Source: Candidatus Dormiibacterota bacterium (GTDB lineage: Bacteria; Chloroflexota; Dormibacteria; Aeolococcales; Aeolococcaceae). Taken from it: a stretch of 64,000 nt of DNA. The translations under genes were made by a program, and so were the position numbers. Where the stretch lies: assembly GCA_963709585.1 (NCBI GenBank), contig CAVPXI010000005.1:64001-128000 (forward strand), in the 5' to 3' direction. Positions 30,007 through 40,012 of this stretch are shown one piece after another. Positions within the stretch are counted from its first letter, which is position 1; each line of letters starts with the position of its first letter. The notes beneath the pieces were generated by a model that was not told where the DNA came from, did not search any database, and saw only the letters and a program-made list of their open reading frames with translations.

Positions 30007-30201
30007 GTGCACGCGACGCCGCCCCCGCCCGCAGGCCTCTGCGCGTCGTGCATCAACGCGCGGCTGGTCACCGGCGCGCGCTCCGTCTTCGTGCGTTGTG
30101 GACTGGCCGACACCGACTCGCGGTTCCCGCGCTACCCGTCGCTCCCCGTGCGCCGGTGCGACGGGTACATCAGCGCACCTGCTCAGGCAACCCGCTGCTG
30201 A
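30007..30201 (+). CDS. Small four-Cys protein
   Basis: GLCASC...FVRC...FPRYPSLPVRRCDGY; fills the intergenic gap. Confidence 0.6.
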   Translation: MHATPPPPAGLCASCINARLVTGARSVFVRCGLADTDSRFPRYPSLPVRRCDGYISAPAQATRC

Positions 30202-31286
30202 CCACGACCCGGCGCGGGGCGCTCGCGATGGGGCAGGTACGAACGATCGCCGATCCAGGGCGCCGGCGGGACCCCGAGCCCCTTGGTCACATAGTTGAGC
30301 CAGGCGCCGTACTTGCTGCGCAGCGTGCTGAACTCCTGCCACGCCCTGTCCACGTTGTGCAGCTGATATCCCGCGTGCTCGAGGCGGCCGTACGCCTCCA
30401 CGAACTCCTCGCGCTCCACTCCCGGCACCGCCTCGCCTTCGTATCGAAAGTGATCGCGCATGTCGGCGACGAAATGCGCGCCGACCTTGTGCATGAGCCG
30501 CGCATGACCCACCGGTCCTCCATCCACGGTGGTGAGCACGAGTGTCGCGGCGTCCATCACCGCGCCGAAGGAGTTGGCCCACGCCTCGTTGTCGTGACTC
30601 GACCGGAAGTAGAAGAGCAACGGGTAGGAGAGATGGCTCTCGATGACGTCCACCGTCCACAGGCGCCACTCATCGAAGGTCGCGATCAGCTGCTCGGGCA
30701 TCGCGTCCTTGGCGCACGTCTCGAGAATTTGGACCCCGGAAGGCGGTGCGCCGGCGAGCGCGTCGAGCGCCACCACCGCCGTCTCGCGTCGCTGGAAGGA
30801 GCTGAAGAGCGAGAACAGCAGGCTGATCACCAGGGCGAACAATCCGAAGCCACTCGCCGCTTCGATGGCCGCGAAGGTTCGCGTCGCCACCCCGGTCGCC
30901 TCGATGCCGGCGACCGAGAACGCGAGCATCCGGCCCGTGGAGAAATAGAGCGTGGTGCCGAACGAGTCGGGCTGCGGCTGCAGGCCGTCATGAAGCCCGC
31001 TGAAGATGAGTGCAAACCCGAGGATGAGCGCGAAGCCCCAGAGCACGAGCAGCGCCACCAGCATCATGGGCGCGAAGGCGGCGAGTGCGGTCTCGCGAGT
31101 TTGGAGCTTGCCGGGGCGCTCCGCGACCTTGCGCCAGGCGCGCCACCCACCACGAATGAGCGTGAAGCTCAGACGCACCCGACCCACCGCCGGCCGCGGC
31201 ATCACCACCGACTGGAAGACGTCGTAGATGGTGACCAGCACGATCACGGCTCCGCCGCCGATCTCGAGGCCGTCGACGACGCTCAC
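30183..31286 (-). CDS. Potassium-channel-like membrane protein
   Basis: TM helices around TLYFS, then IESHLSYPLLFYFRS and AVMDAA. Confidence 0.75.
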   Translation of the reverse strand: MSVVDGLEIGGGAVIVLVTIYDVFQSVVMPRPAVGRVRLSFTLIRGGWRAWRKVAERPGKLQTRETALAAFAPMMLVALLVLWGFALILGFALIFSGLHDGLQPQPDSFGTTLYFSTGRMLAFSVAGIEATGVATRTFAAIEAASGFGLFALVISLLFSLFSSFQRRETAVVALDALAGAPPSGVQILETCAKDAMPEQLIATFDEWRLWTVDVIESHLSYPLLFYFRSSHDNEAWANSFGAVMDAATLVLTTVDGGPVGHARLMHKVGAHFVADMRDHFRYEGEAVPGVEREEFVEAYGRLEHAGYQLHNVDRAWQEFSTLRSKYGAWLNYVTKGLGVPPAPWIGDRSYLPHRERPAPGRGQQRVA

Positions 31287-31305
31287 CTGTACGCAGCCCG
31301 GGGGG

Positions 31306-31515
31306 TCACGGCTCGAGTTCGCGACGCATCTGGGCGATCTCGGCGCGCACTTCCTGCAGCGCCTCCTCGTCCTCGGAATCGACCGCAACCCGGCGCATCG
31401 CGGCGAGCTCCGCAATCGCCGTATCCATCGTTTCGATGGTATGCGGCGGGTCGTCCCATCGTCTCGAGAGCAATCGCAACGCGAGGCCCCTCGCCTGATC
31501 GGCGATCTGGCTCAC
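31306..31515 (-). CDS. Small helical hypothetical protein
   Basis: 69-aa amphipathic ORF filling the gap, co-oriented with its neighbours. Confidence 0.5.
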   Translation of the reverse strand: MSQIADQARGLALRLLSRRWDDPPHTIETMDTAIAELAAMRRVAVDSEDEEALQEVRAEIAQMRRELEP

Positions 31516-31578
31516 GCGGGACGTACGAAACGCAGCTGGGCTAAGTCCGCGGCCATTCGCCGGATGGTACGGCGGTGG

Positions 31579-32361
31579 TCACACGCCTCGTTTCGCCAGC
31601 ACCAGCACAGTCGAATAGTGGTACGTCATGGTGCCCCCGAGCGCGTCGACGGCCTCGCCAAGGGCGTCGAGGAGCGCACGCCGCTCGAGGTCAGGCAAGC
31701 GGACATGATCGCTGTGGGTGGCGATGAAGTCGAGCCAGCCTGCACGGCCGTAGACCGTCTCCCACGAGAAGGTGCGAGTCGCAATCTCCGTGAACACTCC
31801 GCTGTTTTCGAACTGCGTCATCCGATCCATCGGTTCGGCCGGCGGGTTCAGCGCGATGTTGGTCTTGGCGAGCCCTGGGGCGAGGCGCGTGTACACGGCG
31901 TCGAACGCCCGCGCGGCATCCTCGTCCGGCCGGCCGCGATTCCAGAACACGCCGAGGTATCCCCCCGGTCGCAGCAACGAACCCGCCTTGGCCACGCCCC
32001 GCACAGGGTCCACCCAGTGCCAGGCCTGCCCGGAGACGATTAGGTCGAAGACGCGGCCGCGGGGCTCCCAACGCTCGAAGGTCGCCTCCTCGACGGTGAT
32101 CCCGTGGCTCCTCGCGATTGCCGCCATCGCCGGATCGGGCTCGACCCCGAGGACGTCGCATCCGCGCTCGACCAGCAACCTCGCGGCCTTCCCGGTGCCG
32201 CAACCGACATCCAGGACAAGTCGCGGCGAGAGGTCCATCAGCGTGTCGATGAGTGCCGGCGGGTAGGACGGGCGGGCCTTGTCGTACAGCGCGGCCACGC
32301 CCCCGAATGACAGTGCGCGCGCCCGGTCCTCGTGGATGCGTTCAGACGGGTGCTCGGACAT
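31579..32361 (-). CDS. Class I SAM-dependent methyltransferase
   Basis: YDKARPSYP, VLDVGCGTG, GQAWHWVD. Confidence 0.9.
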   Translation of the reverse strand: MSEHPSERIHEDRARALSFGGVAALYDKARPSYPPALIDTLMDLSPRLVLDVGCGTGKAARLLVERGCDVLGVEPDPAMAAIARSHGITVEEATFERWEPRGRVFDLIVSGQAWHWVDPVRGVAKAGSLLRPGGYLGVFWNRGRPDEDAARAFDAVYTRLAPGLAKTNIALNPPAEPMDRMTQFENSGVFTEIATRTFSWETVYGRAGWLDFIATHSDHVRLPDLERRALLDALGEAVDALGGTMTYHYSTVLVLAKRGV

Positions 32362-32369
32362 CGCTCGGG

Positions 32370-33696
32370 TCAGCTGAGTCGCGACGGCCGCGGTGTCAGC
32401 GCCGCTTCGAGGTCGGCCGCGAAGCGTACTGCGTCATCGGGTTCGAGTCGCGACGTGGTGACCCGGATGCCTCGCTGGCTGGCGATCCGGAACCGGTCCC
32501 CGGCGAGCACGCCCCAGCCATGCTCCTGGAGGGCGGCAACAGTCGCGTCCTCGTGAGCCACCGGGACCCAGACGTTGAGGCCCGAGCGGCCGTGGGAACT
32601 CGATGCCGCGGGCGCCGAGCGCTTCGCGAAGCGCGTCGCGGCGGCGCGTGTAGGTGGCAGCGACCTGCTGCGCACGATCCGCCTCACGGGGGTCGCTCCA
32701 GATCCGAACGACCAGCCGTTGGAGGAGATGGGACACCCATCCGGCGGCAAGCAGGCGGCGACCTTCGACGCGCGCCACCGTGGTCGCGTCACCCGCCATG
32801 ATGGCGAGACGCAGGTCCGGTCCCAGCGACTTCGAAACCGACCGGAGATGCGCCCAGCGAGCCCGCCCCGGCTCACACAGCGAGTGGCATGGACGTTCTG
32901 TGATGTCGAAGGCGTGATCATCTTCGAGCACCAGCACCCCCGGATGGCGGGCGAGCACCGCACGGAGCTCGTCGGCTCGTTCGGCGTCGATCGCGGAACC
33001 GTAAGGGTTCTGAGCACGAGGTGTGAGAGCGCATGCGACGGCGCCGGCGCGCAGCGCCCGGGCGAGACCCTCGGCGGTCGGACCACGGTCATCGATCGCC
33101 ACCGGGAGCACGGTCAGACCGAGCGCGGACGCGAGATCGATCACTCCGGGGTAGCAGGGGTCCTCGACGGCGATCCGATCGCCGGGACGGAGGTGAGCGA
33201 GGAGCGCGAGTTGAATGCCATCGAGCGCACCCCCGACGACGGTCAGATGATCGCTCGGCACGCTGTCACGGTCGAGACGGGCCGACGCCAGGGCGAGCAG
33301 CTCGGAGTCGGAGCCCGCGGCCCCATACAGAACCGGCTCGTGGGGCAGCTCGACGAACGCGGACGCGAGATCGGGCAGAAGCGCCGGGTCCGGGTTGCCG
33401 GAGAGCAGGTCGACGACACCGGCAGGCACGATCGGCCGGCCGCGCGGCGACGGAGGGACACGCGGGGCAATGGTGGTGCCGAGCCGGCCGGCCCCGGCGA
33501 CGAGTCCACGACGGCGCAGCTCCCGGTACGCGGACGCGACGGTCGCGGTGCTGATCCCGCGATGGGAGGCGAGCGATCGGACGGTCGGCAGACGCGTCCC
33601 AGCGGTGAGCTCGCCGTCGCGGATGCCACGCTCGACGCTCTCCGCGATCTCAGACGCCCGTCGCCCGGTGATGTGATAACGTATCGGTACGTTCAT
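32370..33696 (-). CDS. MocR/GntR PLP-dependent transcriptional regulator (+1 frameshift at about 32598)
   Basis: wHTH RLPTVRSLA...TVASAY, aminotransferase domain EDPCY, EDDH, SVSKSLGPDLR; C-terminus continues in the other frame (GRSGLNVWVP). Confidence 0.9.
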
Positions 33697-33714
33697 CGTT
33701 TTGTATTATAACAA
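33697..33714. promoter_or_regulatory. 18-bp divergent gap with near-palindrome TTGTATTATAACAA and back-to-back -10 boxes
   Basis: TATAAT on the minus strand (33705-33710), TATTAT on the plus strand (33704-33709). Confidence 0.65.
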
Positions 33715-34665
33715 ATGACTTCGCGCGTGTCCACACCCCAGGCTTCTCGGGCCCAGATCGTGATCGCCTTTGCCGCGGTGTACGTCATCTGGGGTTCGAC
33801 GTACCTGACGATCCACATCGCCATCGAGACCATTCCCGCGTTGCTGATGTCGGGCGCGCGGTTCATCCTCGCCGGGCTGCTGCTGCTGGCGTTCTCGCAT
33901 CGCCCCGGAGCGCCCCGGGAGCGGCTCACGCCCATCCACTGGCGATCCGCGCTGATCATCGGCGGGTGTCTGCTGCTCTTCGGCAACGGCGGGGTCGCCT
34001 GGGGCGAGCAGTACCTGCCGAGTGGATTCGTCGCGCTCATCATCGCTACGGTCCCGCTCTGGATGGCGCTGTTCGCCCCGGCGTTCGGCGGGCGCTGGAT
34101 CAACTGGACGGCGGCGATCGGCATCGCGCTCGGGCTCGCCGGGATCGTCCTGCTCGTCCGTCCGGGCGGCGGCGCGGGGCACTGGCAGACGCTCGTGGTG
34201 CTGCTCGCGCCGCTCCTCTGGGCGCTCGGTTCGCTGTACGCGCGTGACGCACCGGCACCCCGCCAGCCGCTCACCGCGGTGGGGATGGAGATGATCGCCG
34301 GCGGTGCGCTGCTGAGCATCGCCGGTGTTGCGACCGGAGAGCTCGGCCACGTCCACCTCGGCAACGTGTCCTTCGCCTCCGTTGCCGCCTTCATCTACCT
34401 GGTGCTCATCGGTGCGCTCGTCGGCTACGTCGCGTACATCTGGCTCCTGCACCATGTTTCGGTCACCGCGGCATCCACGTACGCATTCGTCAACCCGGTC
34501 GTCGCGGTCGCGCTCGGAGCGATCGTGCTCGGCGAGGCGGTGACCCCGCTCACACTGGTCGCGGCGGCGCTCATCGTCGGCGCGGTCGTCCTGCTCCTGA
34601 TCGGTCAGAGTCGCAAATCCCAGCCCGCCATCGCACTCGAGGTGCCGGTCCGCGAGGTCGCCTGA
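33715..34665 (+). CDS. EamA/DMT (YedA-like) transporter
   Basis: VYVIWGSTYL, about 10 TM helices, YAFVNPVVAV. Confidence 0.92.
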   Translation: MTSRVSTPQASRAQIVIAFAAVYVIWGSTYLTIHIAIETIPALLMSGARFILAGLLLLAFSHRPGAPRERLTPIHWRSALIIGGCLLLFGNGGVAWGEQYLPSGFVALIIATVPLWMALFAPAFGGRWINWTAAIGIALGLAGIVLLVRPGGGAGHWQTLVVLLAPLLWALGSLYARDAPAPRQPLTAVGMEMIAGGALLSIAGVATGELGHVHLGNVSFASVAAFIYLVLIGALVGYVAYIWLLHHVSVTAASTYAFVNPVVAVALGAIVLGEAVTPLTLVAAALIVGAVVLLLIGQSRKSQPAIALEVPVREVA

Positions 34666-34700
34666 CCGCGTCCCCTCGAGACAGGGGTGACAATGGGCGC

Positions 34701-35402
34701 ATGGACAGCGAGACCGTGATCGTCGACGCCGCCGCGGAGCCGCGTCGACCGCGTCCTCGCATCGGCGTCAAGGACGTGCTCTGCGTCGGGCCGATCATCG
34801 CGAACACGATCTATTACTACGCGGGGCTGCCGCTGACACCACTCCTGCTTGGGCGCAACCCCGTGCTGCTCAGCGCGCTTCGCGGCAGCATCGCCTCCAT
34901 GGTGGCTGCGGGAGGATTCGCGCGGGTCGGCAGGGCGCCCATCCTGCTGGCGCTGATCGCGCCGATCCCGATCTCGATGATGACCGACCCATTCTTCTTC
35001 TGGGCGGGAAAACGATATGGCCGCGGCCTGATCAACTACCTGAGCGCGTCGGACCCCCGCTGGCGCAAACGAGCCGCGCGGGGGGAACGCTTCTTCAAGA
35101 AATACGGGGTGTGGACGATCGTGCTCGCGCCATTCCTGCCCGCGCCCTCGCCGCTCTTCTACATGGCGGCAGGCGAAGCTGGAATGCCATTCGCCATCTT
35201 CATCGCGGCTGACCTGATCGGCACCCTCGCGTACATCGGGCTGATCGTCGCCGCGGGCTGGGCCATCGGCCAGCCGGCCGTGACCGTCGCGCAGACGATC
35301 AGCAATTACGCGCTCTGGGTCATCGTGGGGACGGTGGTGCTCATCATCGCGTGGTCAACATGGTCGTCATGGCGCGTCCCTCGCGGAATGACGAGGCCCT
35401 GA
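34701..35402 (+). CDS. DedA/VTT-domain membrane protein
   Basis: DPFFFWAGKRYG, ERFFKKYG, AAGEAGMPFAIF. Confidence 0.75.
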   Translation: MDSETVIVDAAAEPRRPRPRIGVKDVLCVGPIIANTIYYYAGLPLTPLLLGRNPVLLSALRGSIASMVAAGGFARVGRAPILLALIAPIPISMMTDPFFFWAGKRYGRGLINYLSASDPRWRKRAARGERFFKKYGVWTIVLAPFLPAPSPLFYMAAGEAGMPFAIFIAADLIGTLAYIGLIVAAGWAIGQPAVTVAQTISNYALWVIVGTVVLIIAWSTWSSWRVPRGMTRP

Positions 35403-35905
35403 GCCCCGCCGCCGGGCCGGTCGCGACGCGGCGATGGCTGGTGGTCGTGGCCGCGGTGCTCGCGCCGATCGCGCTCGGAGCGCTCATCACGGTGGTGCTC
35501 TTCGCGACTCGCGCACAGCCTGTGGTCGCCCGGCCGGCGGCATCGGAGCCGGCCGGTGACATCCAACAACACGACGGGGCACTGCTGATAGTGCAGCCGA
35601 AGACGACCGCGCAGGTTCGCCTCCCGTTGGGCACCAGCGTTGAGATTGTGCTGCTGCCCGGCCTGGGCGAGACCGTCGAGTCCGCCAACCCCGACATCCT
35701 CACGGCAACCGCGAGTCCCCCGTGCCACCTCACAGCAATCTGCGGATTTCCGGGCGCCCAGGTCTGGACGTTCCGGGCGATACACGCCGGGGTGGGCTAC
35801 TTGAAGATCATCTTCGGGTTCAGGGTCTGCCAGCAGGACGGATGCACCACCACGCCCTACGTGTTCAAGCCGATCGCGGTGTACTCTCGACCTCAGGCTG
35901 GCTGA
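35369..35905 (+). CDS. Membrane-anchored secreted protein with two Cys pairs (start uncertain)
   Basis: N-terminal TM, beta-rich domain, PPCHLTAICG and RVCQQDGC. Confidence 0.5.
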   Translation: MARPSRNDEALSPAAGPVATRRWLVVVAAVLAPIALGALITVVLFATRAQPVVARPAASEPAGDIQQHDGALLIVQPKTTAQVRLPLGTSVEIVLLPGLGETVESANPDILTATASPPCHLTAICGFPGAQVWTFRAIHAGVGYLKIIFGFRVCQQDGCTTTPYVFKPIAVYSRPQAG

Positions 35906-35907
35906 GC

Positions 35908-37159
35908 TCAGGGAATCGCGACCTCCTCGCGATACTTCGGCAGCCGGCTGGTGCCGCTCTCGACGACCTCGGCGATTCGCTCGGCGGCATCCCACAGGTC
36001 GACAAACCGTGTGTAGAGGGGAGCGAGTCCGAAGCGACACATGTCCGGCGGCCGGAAGTCGCCGATCACACCGCGATCCGCGACCGCACGCACGACCGCG
36101 AGGCCGTCCGCGTGCCGCAGCGAGACCTGAGCGCCGCGGCGTTCGGGCGAGCCGGGAGTCGCGACCTCGAAACCGAGCGCGTCGAGGCGCGCGTGCGCGA
36201 GACGTATGAAGACCTCGGTGAGCATCGCCGCCTTGTCCCCGATGGCGCGGGATCCGGCCTCGAGCTGAAGGTCGACGCCGACGGCGAGCGCGCCGATCGC
36301 CAGCACCGGCGGTGATCCGCTCATCCAGCCCCGTATTCCGGGGGCGCGACGGTACTCGGAGTTGAACAGGAATGGGTTGTCGTGGCCCAGCCATCCCTGG
36401 ATCGGGTTGCGCAGCTCCTCCTGCAGCGCGGTCGCGACGTACAGGTACGCCGGTGATCCGGGGCCGCCGTTGAGGTATTTGTAGCCGCATCCCACCGCCA
36501 GGTCGACGCGGTGGTGATTGAGCCGGATCTCGACAGCACCCGCGGAGTGCGAGAGATCCCAGAGCACAAGCGCGCCGGCAGCGTGCGCGGCTTCGGTGAG
36601 CGCGCCCATGTCGTGGCGCGCGCCGGTCCGGAAGTCGACCTCGGTCAGGATGAGCAGCGCGGTATCACCGTCTAGCGCGTCACCGAGCTCGGAGCGGTCG
36701 ACCGCGCGAACCTCGCAGCCCAGCAGCTCGGCGACGCCGGCGGCTATGTAGAGATCGGTGGGGAAATTGCTCCGCTCGGTGACGATCACACGGCGCTGCG
36801 GCCGCGCCTGCACCACCGACGTCATCAGACGGAACAGCCCCACCGATGTCGTGTCCGCGACCAGCACTTCCCCGGGAGACGCGCCGATCAGCTCGCCGAT
36901 GCGGTCACCGACGCGCAGCGGCGACTCCATCCATCCCGAACTCGGTCCAGCCGCGGACGAGGATCGTTCCCCATTCGTGCTCGGCCATGTTCCGCAACCG
37001 CGACACCGCAGCCTTGGGCAAGCGTCCCATCGAGTTGCCGTCGAGGTAGATCGTGGTGCCGTCGTGGAGGAAGCGATCGCGGAACGCGGCGAGCGGGTCC
37101 TGGGCGTCGAGCGCGACGCACGAGTTGCGGTCGAGAGTGTCAGGAAGTTGAGTGATCAC
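35908..37159 (-). CDS. kynU: Kynureninase (+1 frameshift at about 36940)
   Basis: IYLDGNSMG, NFPTDLY, WDLSHSAG, GCGYKYLNGGPG, DFRPPD. Confidence 0.92.
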
Positions 37160-37929
37160 AGACGATTCCGTACCTCCCAGAGCTCGGGGAAGAATCGCAG
37201 CCCGATCGTGGTGTCGAGATAGGCCACTCCGCCGCCGCCGGTGCCGGGGCGGGATCCGATCTCACGCGCGGCCATGAGCGCGTGCTGAAAGCGCCAGCGG
37301 GAGATCGCCTCGTCGTGATCGAGGAGCAGCTCGCAGACATGATGGAGGACCGCCCGTTCCGCGCTCGCGTGGTCGCGATACAACCACGCGAGCGCGTCGA
37401 GGCGGCGCTCGCGAAGCTCGGTGCCGGCGCCGTCGGGAGCATCGAGACCGTGGGCGCGCAACGACGCGCAGAGTGCGGTGTACAGCGTCGGCGAGCCGGC
37501 ACGTCGCCGCAACTCCTCGCGGTCGTGCTCCGACAGTTGCGAGGCACCGGCCGGCAACGCCCCGTCGAGGCCCCCGAGGACCTCGATCGCTCGAAACTGT
37601 CCCGATTGCAGTCCGGAGGCAGGTTTGAGTGGATCGCGGAACTCGAGAAATCCCTCCGGCGTCAGCGTCTCGAGCACGCGCAATTGCAGGATCAGCAACT
37701 CGTCGATGCGGGTGCTTCGGTGCAACGGTGCCATCGCGCCCTGTGGGCGGCCGGCCTGCAGCTCCGCAACCGCGCGGTCGAGCTCGTGGAGGATGACCTT
37801 GAACCAGAGCTCATAGGCCTGATGAATGACCACGAACAGCAGCTCGTCGTGCGCGCCCTCGGTGAGCGGATGCTGGAGATCGAGCAGCTCGTCGATGCGC
37901 AGGTACGAGCTGTAGTCAGTACCGGCCAT
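37156..37929 (-). CDS. kynA: Tryptophan 2,3-dioxygenase
   Basis: YSSYL, HDELLFVVIHQAYELWFK, ASGLQS, GTGG, FFPELW. Confidence 0.93.
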   Translation of the reverse strand: MAGTDYSSYLRIDELLDLQHPLTEGAHDELLFVVIHQAYELWFKVILHELDRAVAELQAGRPQGAMAPLHRSTRIDELLILQLRVLETLTPEGFLEFRDPLKPASGLQSGQFRAIEVLGGLDGALPAGASQLSEHDREELRRRAGSPTLYTALCASLRAHGLDAPDGAGTELRERRLDALAWLYRDHASAERAVLHHVCELLLDHDEAISRWRFQHALMAAREIGSRPGTGGGGVAYLDTTIGLRFFPELWEVRNRL

Positions 37930-37991
37930 GACCGCGCCGGCACTCTACGCTCATTGCCGCCGCCCCCCGGCGGCGTGGCCGCATCTGAAAC

Positions 37992-39026
37992 TCATGACGC
38001 TCGGGTGACCAGGATGTCATCCAGCGAGAACTCCTCCGGTGGCGAGAGTTGATCGAAGTCGCAGGAGCGCGGAGCCTTGTCGGGTCGCCAGCGGAGGAAT
38101 CGCGAGGCGTGGCGGAAGCGGCCGCTCTGCAGGTGGTCGAACGACACCTCGCACACGAGCTCCGGGCTCACCGACGTCCACGCGCTGTCGGCGGAACGCT
38201 GCCAGCGGCTCGGACCTCCCGGGGTTCGCCCCTGACCAAAGCTGTCGCCGCCGACGAGCGGTTGGAGTTGCTCGAGAATCGCCCGTCGCTCGGCGGCGTC
38301 GAACGACGAAGTGTGTCCGACGTGATGGAGGGCGCCGTCGCCGTCGTACAGGCCGAGCAGCAACGAGCCGATGCCACGCCCGTCCTTGGCGAGCCGGTAC
38401 CCGCCGACCACGCAGTCGACGGTGCGCAGATGCTTGACCTTCACCCAGCGCCGCTCCCCCGGGCGGTACGTGCCGGCCGGGTCCTTCGCGACGACGCCGT
38501 CCAGCCCAGCCCCCTCGTAGCGCGTGAACCAGGTGGTCGCCTCATCCGGATCGGTGGTCTGCGGGGTGACGCCGACTGTTCGACTGCTCGCGATCGCCTG
38601 CATCAAAAGACCGCGCCGTTCCTCGAGCGGGCGCTCGCGCAGGTCGTCCACGTCGAACGCCAGCAGGTCGAAGAGGACCACCGACGCGGGCGTCTTCTCG
38701 GACAGCATCCGAACCCGGGACGCGGCGGGATGGATGCGCTGCTGGAGCGCGTCGAAGTCGAGTCCGTGCTCAGTTGCGATGACGATCTCGCCGTCGACGA
38801 TCGCGCGCTCGGGGAGGGCGACCTGGAGCGGTTGAATCAGCTCCGGGAAGTACCGTTCGAGTGCCAGCGCGTTCCGGCTCGCGATATGGACGCTGGGCCC
38901 GTCGCGAAACACGATGGCCCGGAATCCATCCCACTTCGGCTCGTAGAGCCACCCCCCCTCTCGGGGTATCTCTGGAGCGGCGCGGGCCAACATCGGCTCG
39001 AGCGGCGGGTCGAAGGGGAGCGACAC
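37992..39026 (-). CDS. ligC: ATP-dependent DNA ligase (LigC type)
   Basis: EPMLA, YEPKWDGFR, DGEIV, FDLL, DGVVAK, WVKVKH, RFRH. Confidence 0.92.
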   Translation of the reverse strand: MSLPFDPPLEPMLARAAPEIPREGGWLYEPKWDGFRAIVFRDGPSVHIASRNALALERYFPELIQPLQVALPERAIVDGEIVIATEHGLDFDALQQRIHPAASRVRMLSEKTPASVVLFDLLAFDVDDLRERPLEERRGLLMQAIASSRTVGVTPQTTDPDEATTWFTRYEGAGLDGVVAKDPAGTYRPGERRWVKVKHLRTVDCVVGGYRLAKDGRGIGSLLLGLYDGDGALHHVGHTSSFDAAERRAILEQLQPLVGGDSFGQGRTPGGPSRWQRSADSAWTSVSPELVCEVSFDHLQSGRFRHASRFLRWRPDKAPRSCDFDQLSPPEEFSLDDILVTRAS

Positions 39027-39059
39027 ACGCGGAGTGTCGCCGATTGCGTCGTGCCCCGG

Positions 39060-39485
39060 CTACGCGGAGAGGACGCGCGGTCGCGAGTCGCGGATACGAA
39101 GCCGGAGCAGGTTGTCGACGTCGGCGACATCGCCGAGCTCGCGGACGGCGGTCTCGAATCGTGTGATGTCGCTGAGCTCGTCGACCTCACCGCGAAGGGT
39201 GATCACACCGCGGCTTGCGCGGATCTCCAGCCCGGTGGCGAGGTCGCCGAAGCCCGTTGAGAGGGCAACGCGGACGCGGTTGGCGAGCGTCTCATCCCAG
39301 CTGGTTGCCCCGGCCCGGCGTGGACGCCTGTCGACCGCCGAGCCGACGAGGGAGGCGACCCCGGCGGTGGCGCGGCGGGCCGCCACGCGGCGGCGCGCTC
39401 CCGAGCGCGGATGCAGGAGAAATGCGGCGGCTGCGACGACTGCGGCGCCGGTGGCTGCTGCCGCGAGCTTGAGAACCCGGGTCAC
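39060..39485 (-). CDS. BON-domain protein
   Basis: N-terminal TM plus LLHPRSGARRR, then DETLANRVR...GVITLRGEV...VDNLL. Confidence 0.75.
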   Translation of the reverse strand: MTRVLKLAAAATGAAVVAAAAFLLHPRSGARRRVAARRATAGVASLVGSAVDRRPRRAGATSWDETLANRVRVALSTGFGDLATGLEIRASRGVITLRGEVDELSDITRFETAVRELGDVADVDNLLRLRIRDSRPRVLSA

Positions 39486-39563
39486 TGGGGGAACCCTCCG
39501 GTGGAGTGTGTGCAGGAGCGCTCGTTCAAACGTTCCGCGGGCCGGGTGGTTACGCGGGCCGGG

Positions 39564-39914
39564 CTAAGACGTCGGCGGTGGGAAATGACGGACATCCGTC
39601 CATCTGACGCCGTCCCACCAGCGCAGGGTTCCCGACCCGGCCTCCGGATACCAACCCGGCGGCGGCGGCGGCACTGAGCCCGCGCGGCGGAACACCTCGT
39701 CGCGCTTGGCGAAGCGCCACACCAGCGACCCGATGATGCCTCCGAGGATGACGATGAGCAGCCACACGATCTTCTCGCTGCCGGCTGCGCGGAACGGCGA
39801 GTCGGGGATCTTGGCCACCTCCACGATGACCACGATCCAGTACACGAATGCCGCGATCCAGATTGCAAGGAACACGATGGGGAACAAGAGGAACGCGGGA
39901 GAGACGATCACCAC
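39564..39914 (-). CDS. Small membrane protein with DUF2510-like C-terminus
   Basis: Two TM helices; PPGWYPE...LRWWDGVRWT. Confidence 0.75.
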   Translation of the reverse strand: MVIVSPAFLLFPIVFLAIWIAAFVYWIVVIVEVAKIPDSPFRAAGSEKIVWLLIVILGGIIGSLVWRFAKRDEVFRRAGSVPPPPPGWYPEAGSGTLRWWDGVRWTDVRHFPPPTS

Positions 39915-40012
39915 CGGCGGCGATCTCGCATCCGCCCAGCTTAGGAGGAATCAGGGGGCTTCGCTGAAACCGTTCCCGGGGCCCGGCGACTGCGGCTCAG
40001 CTTGAGGCTGGG

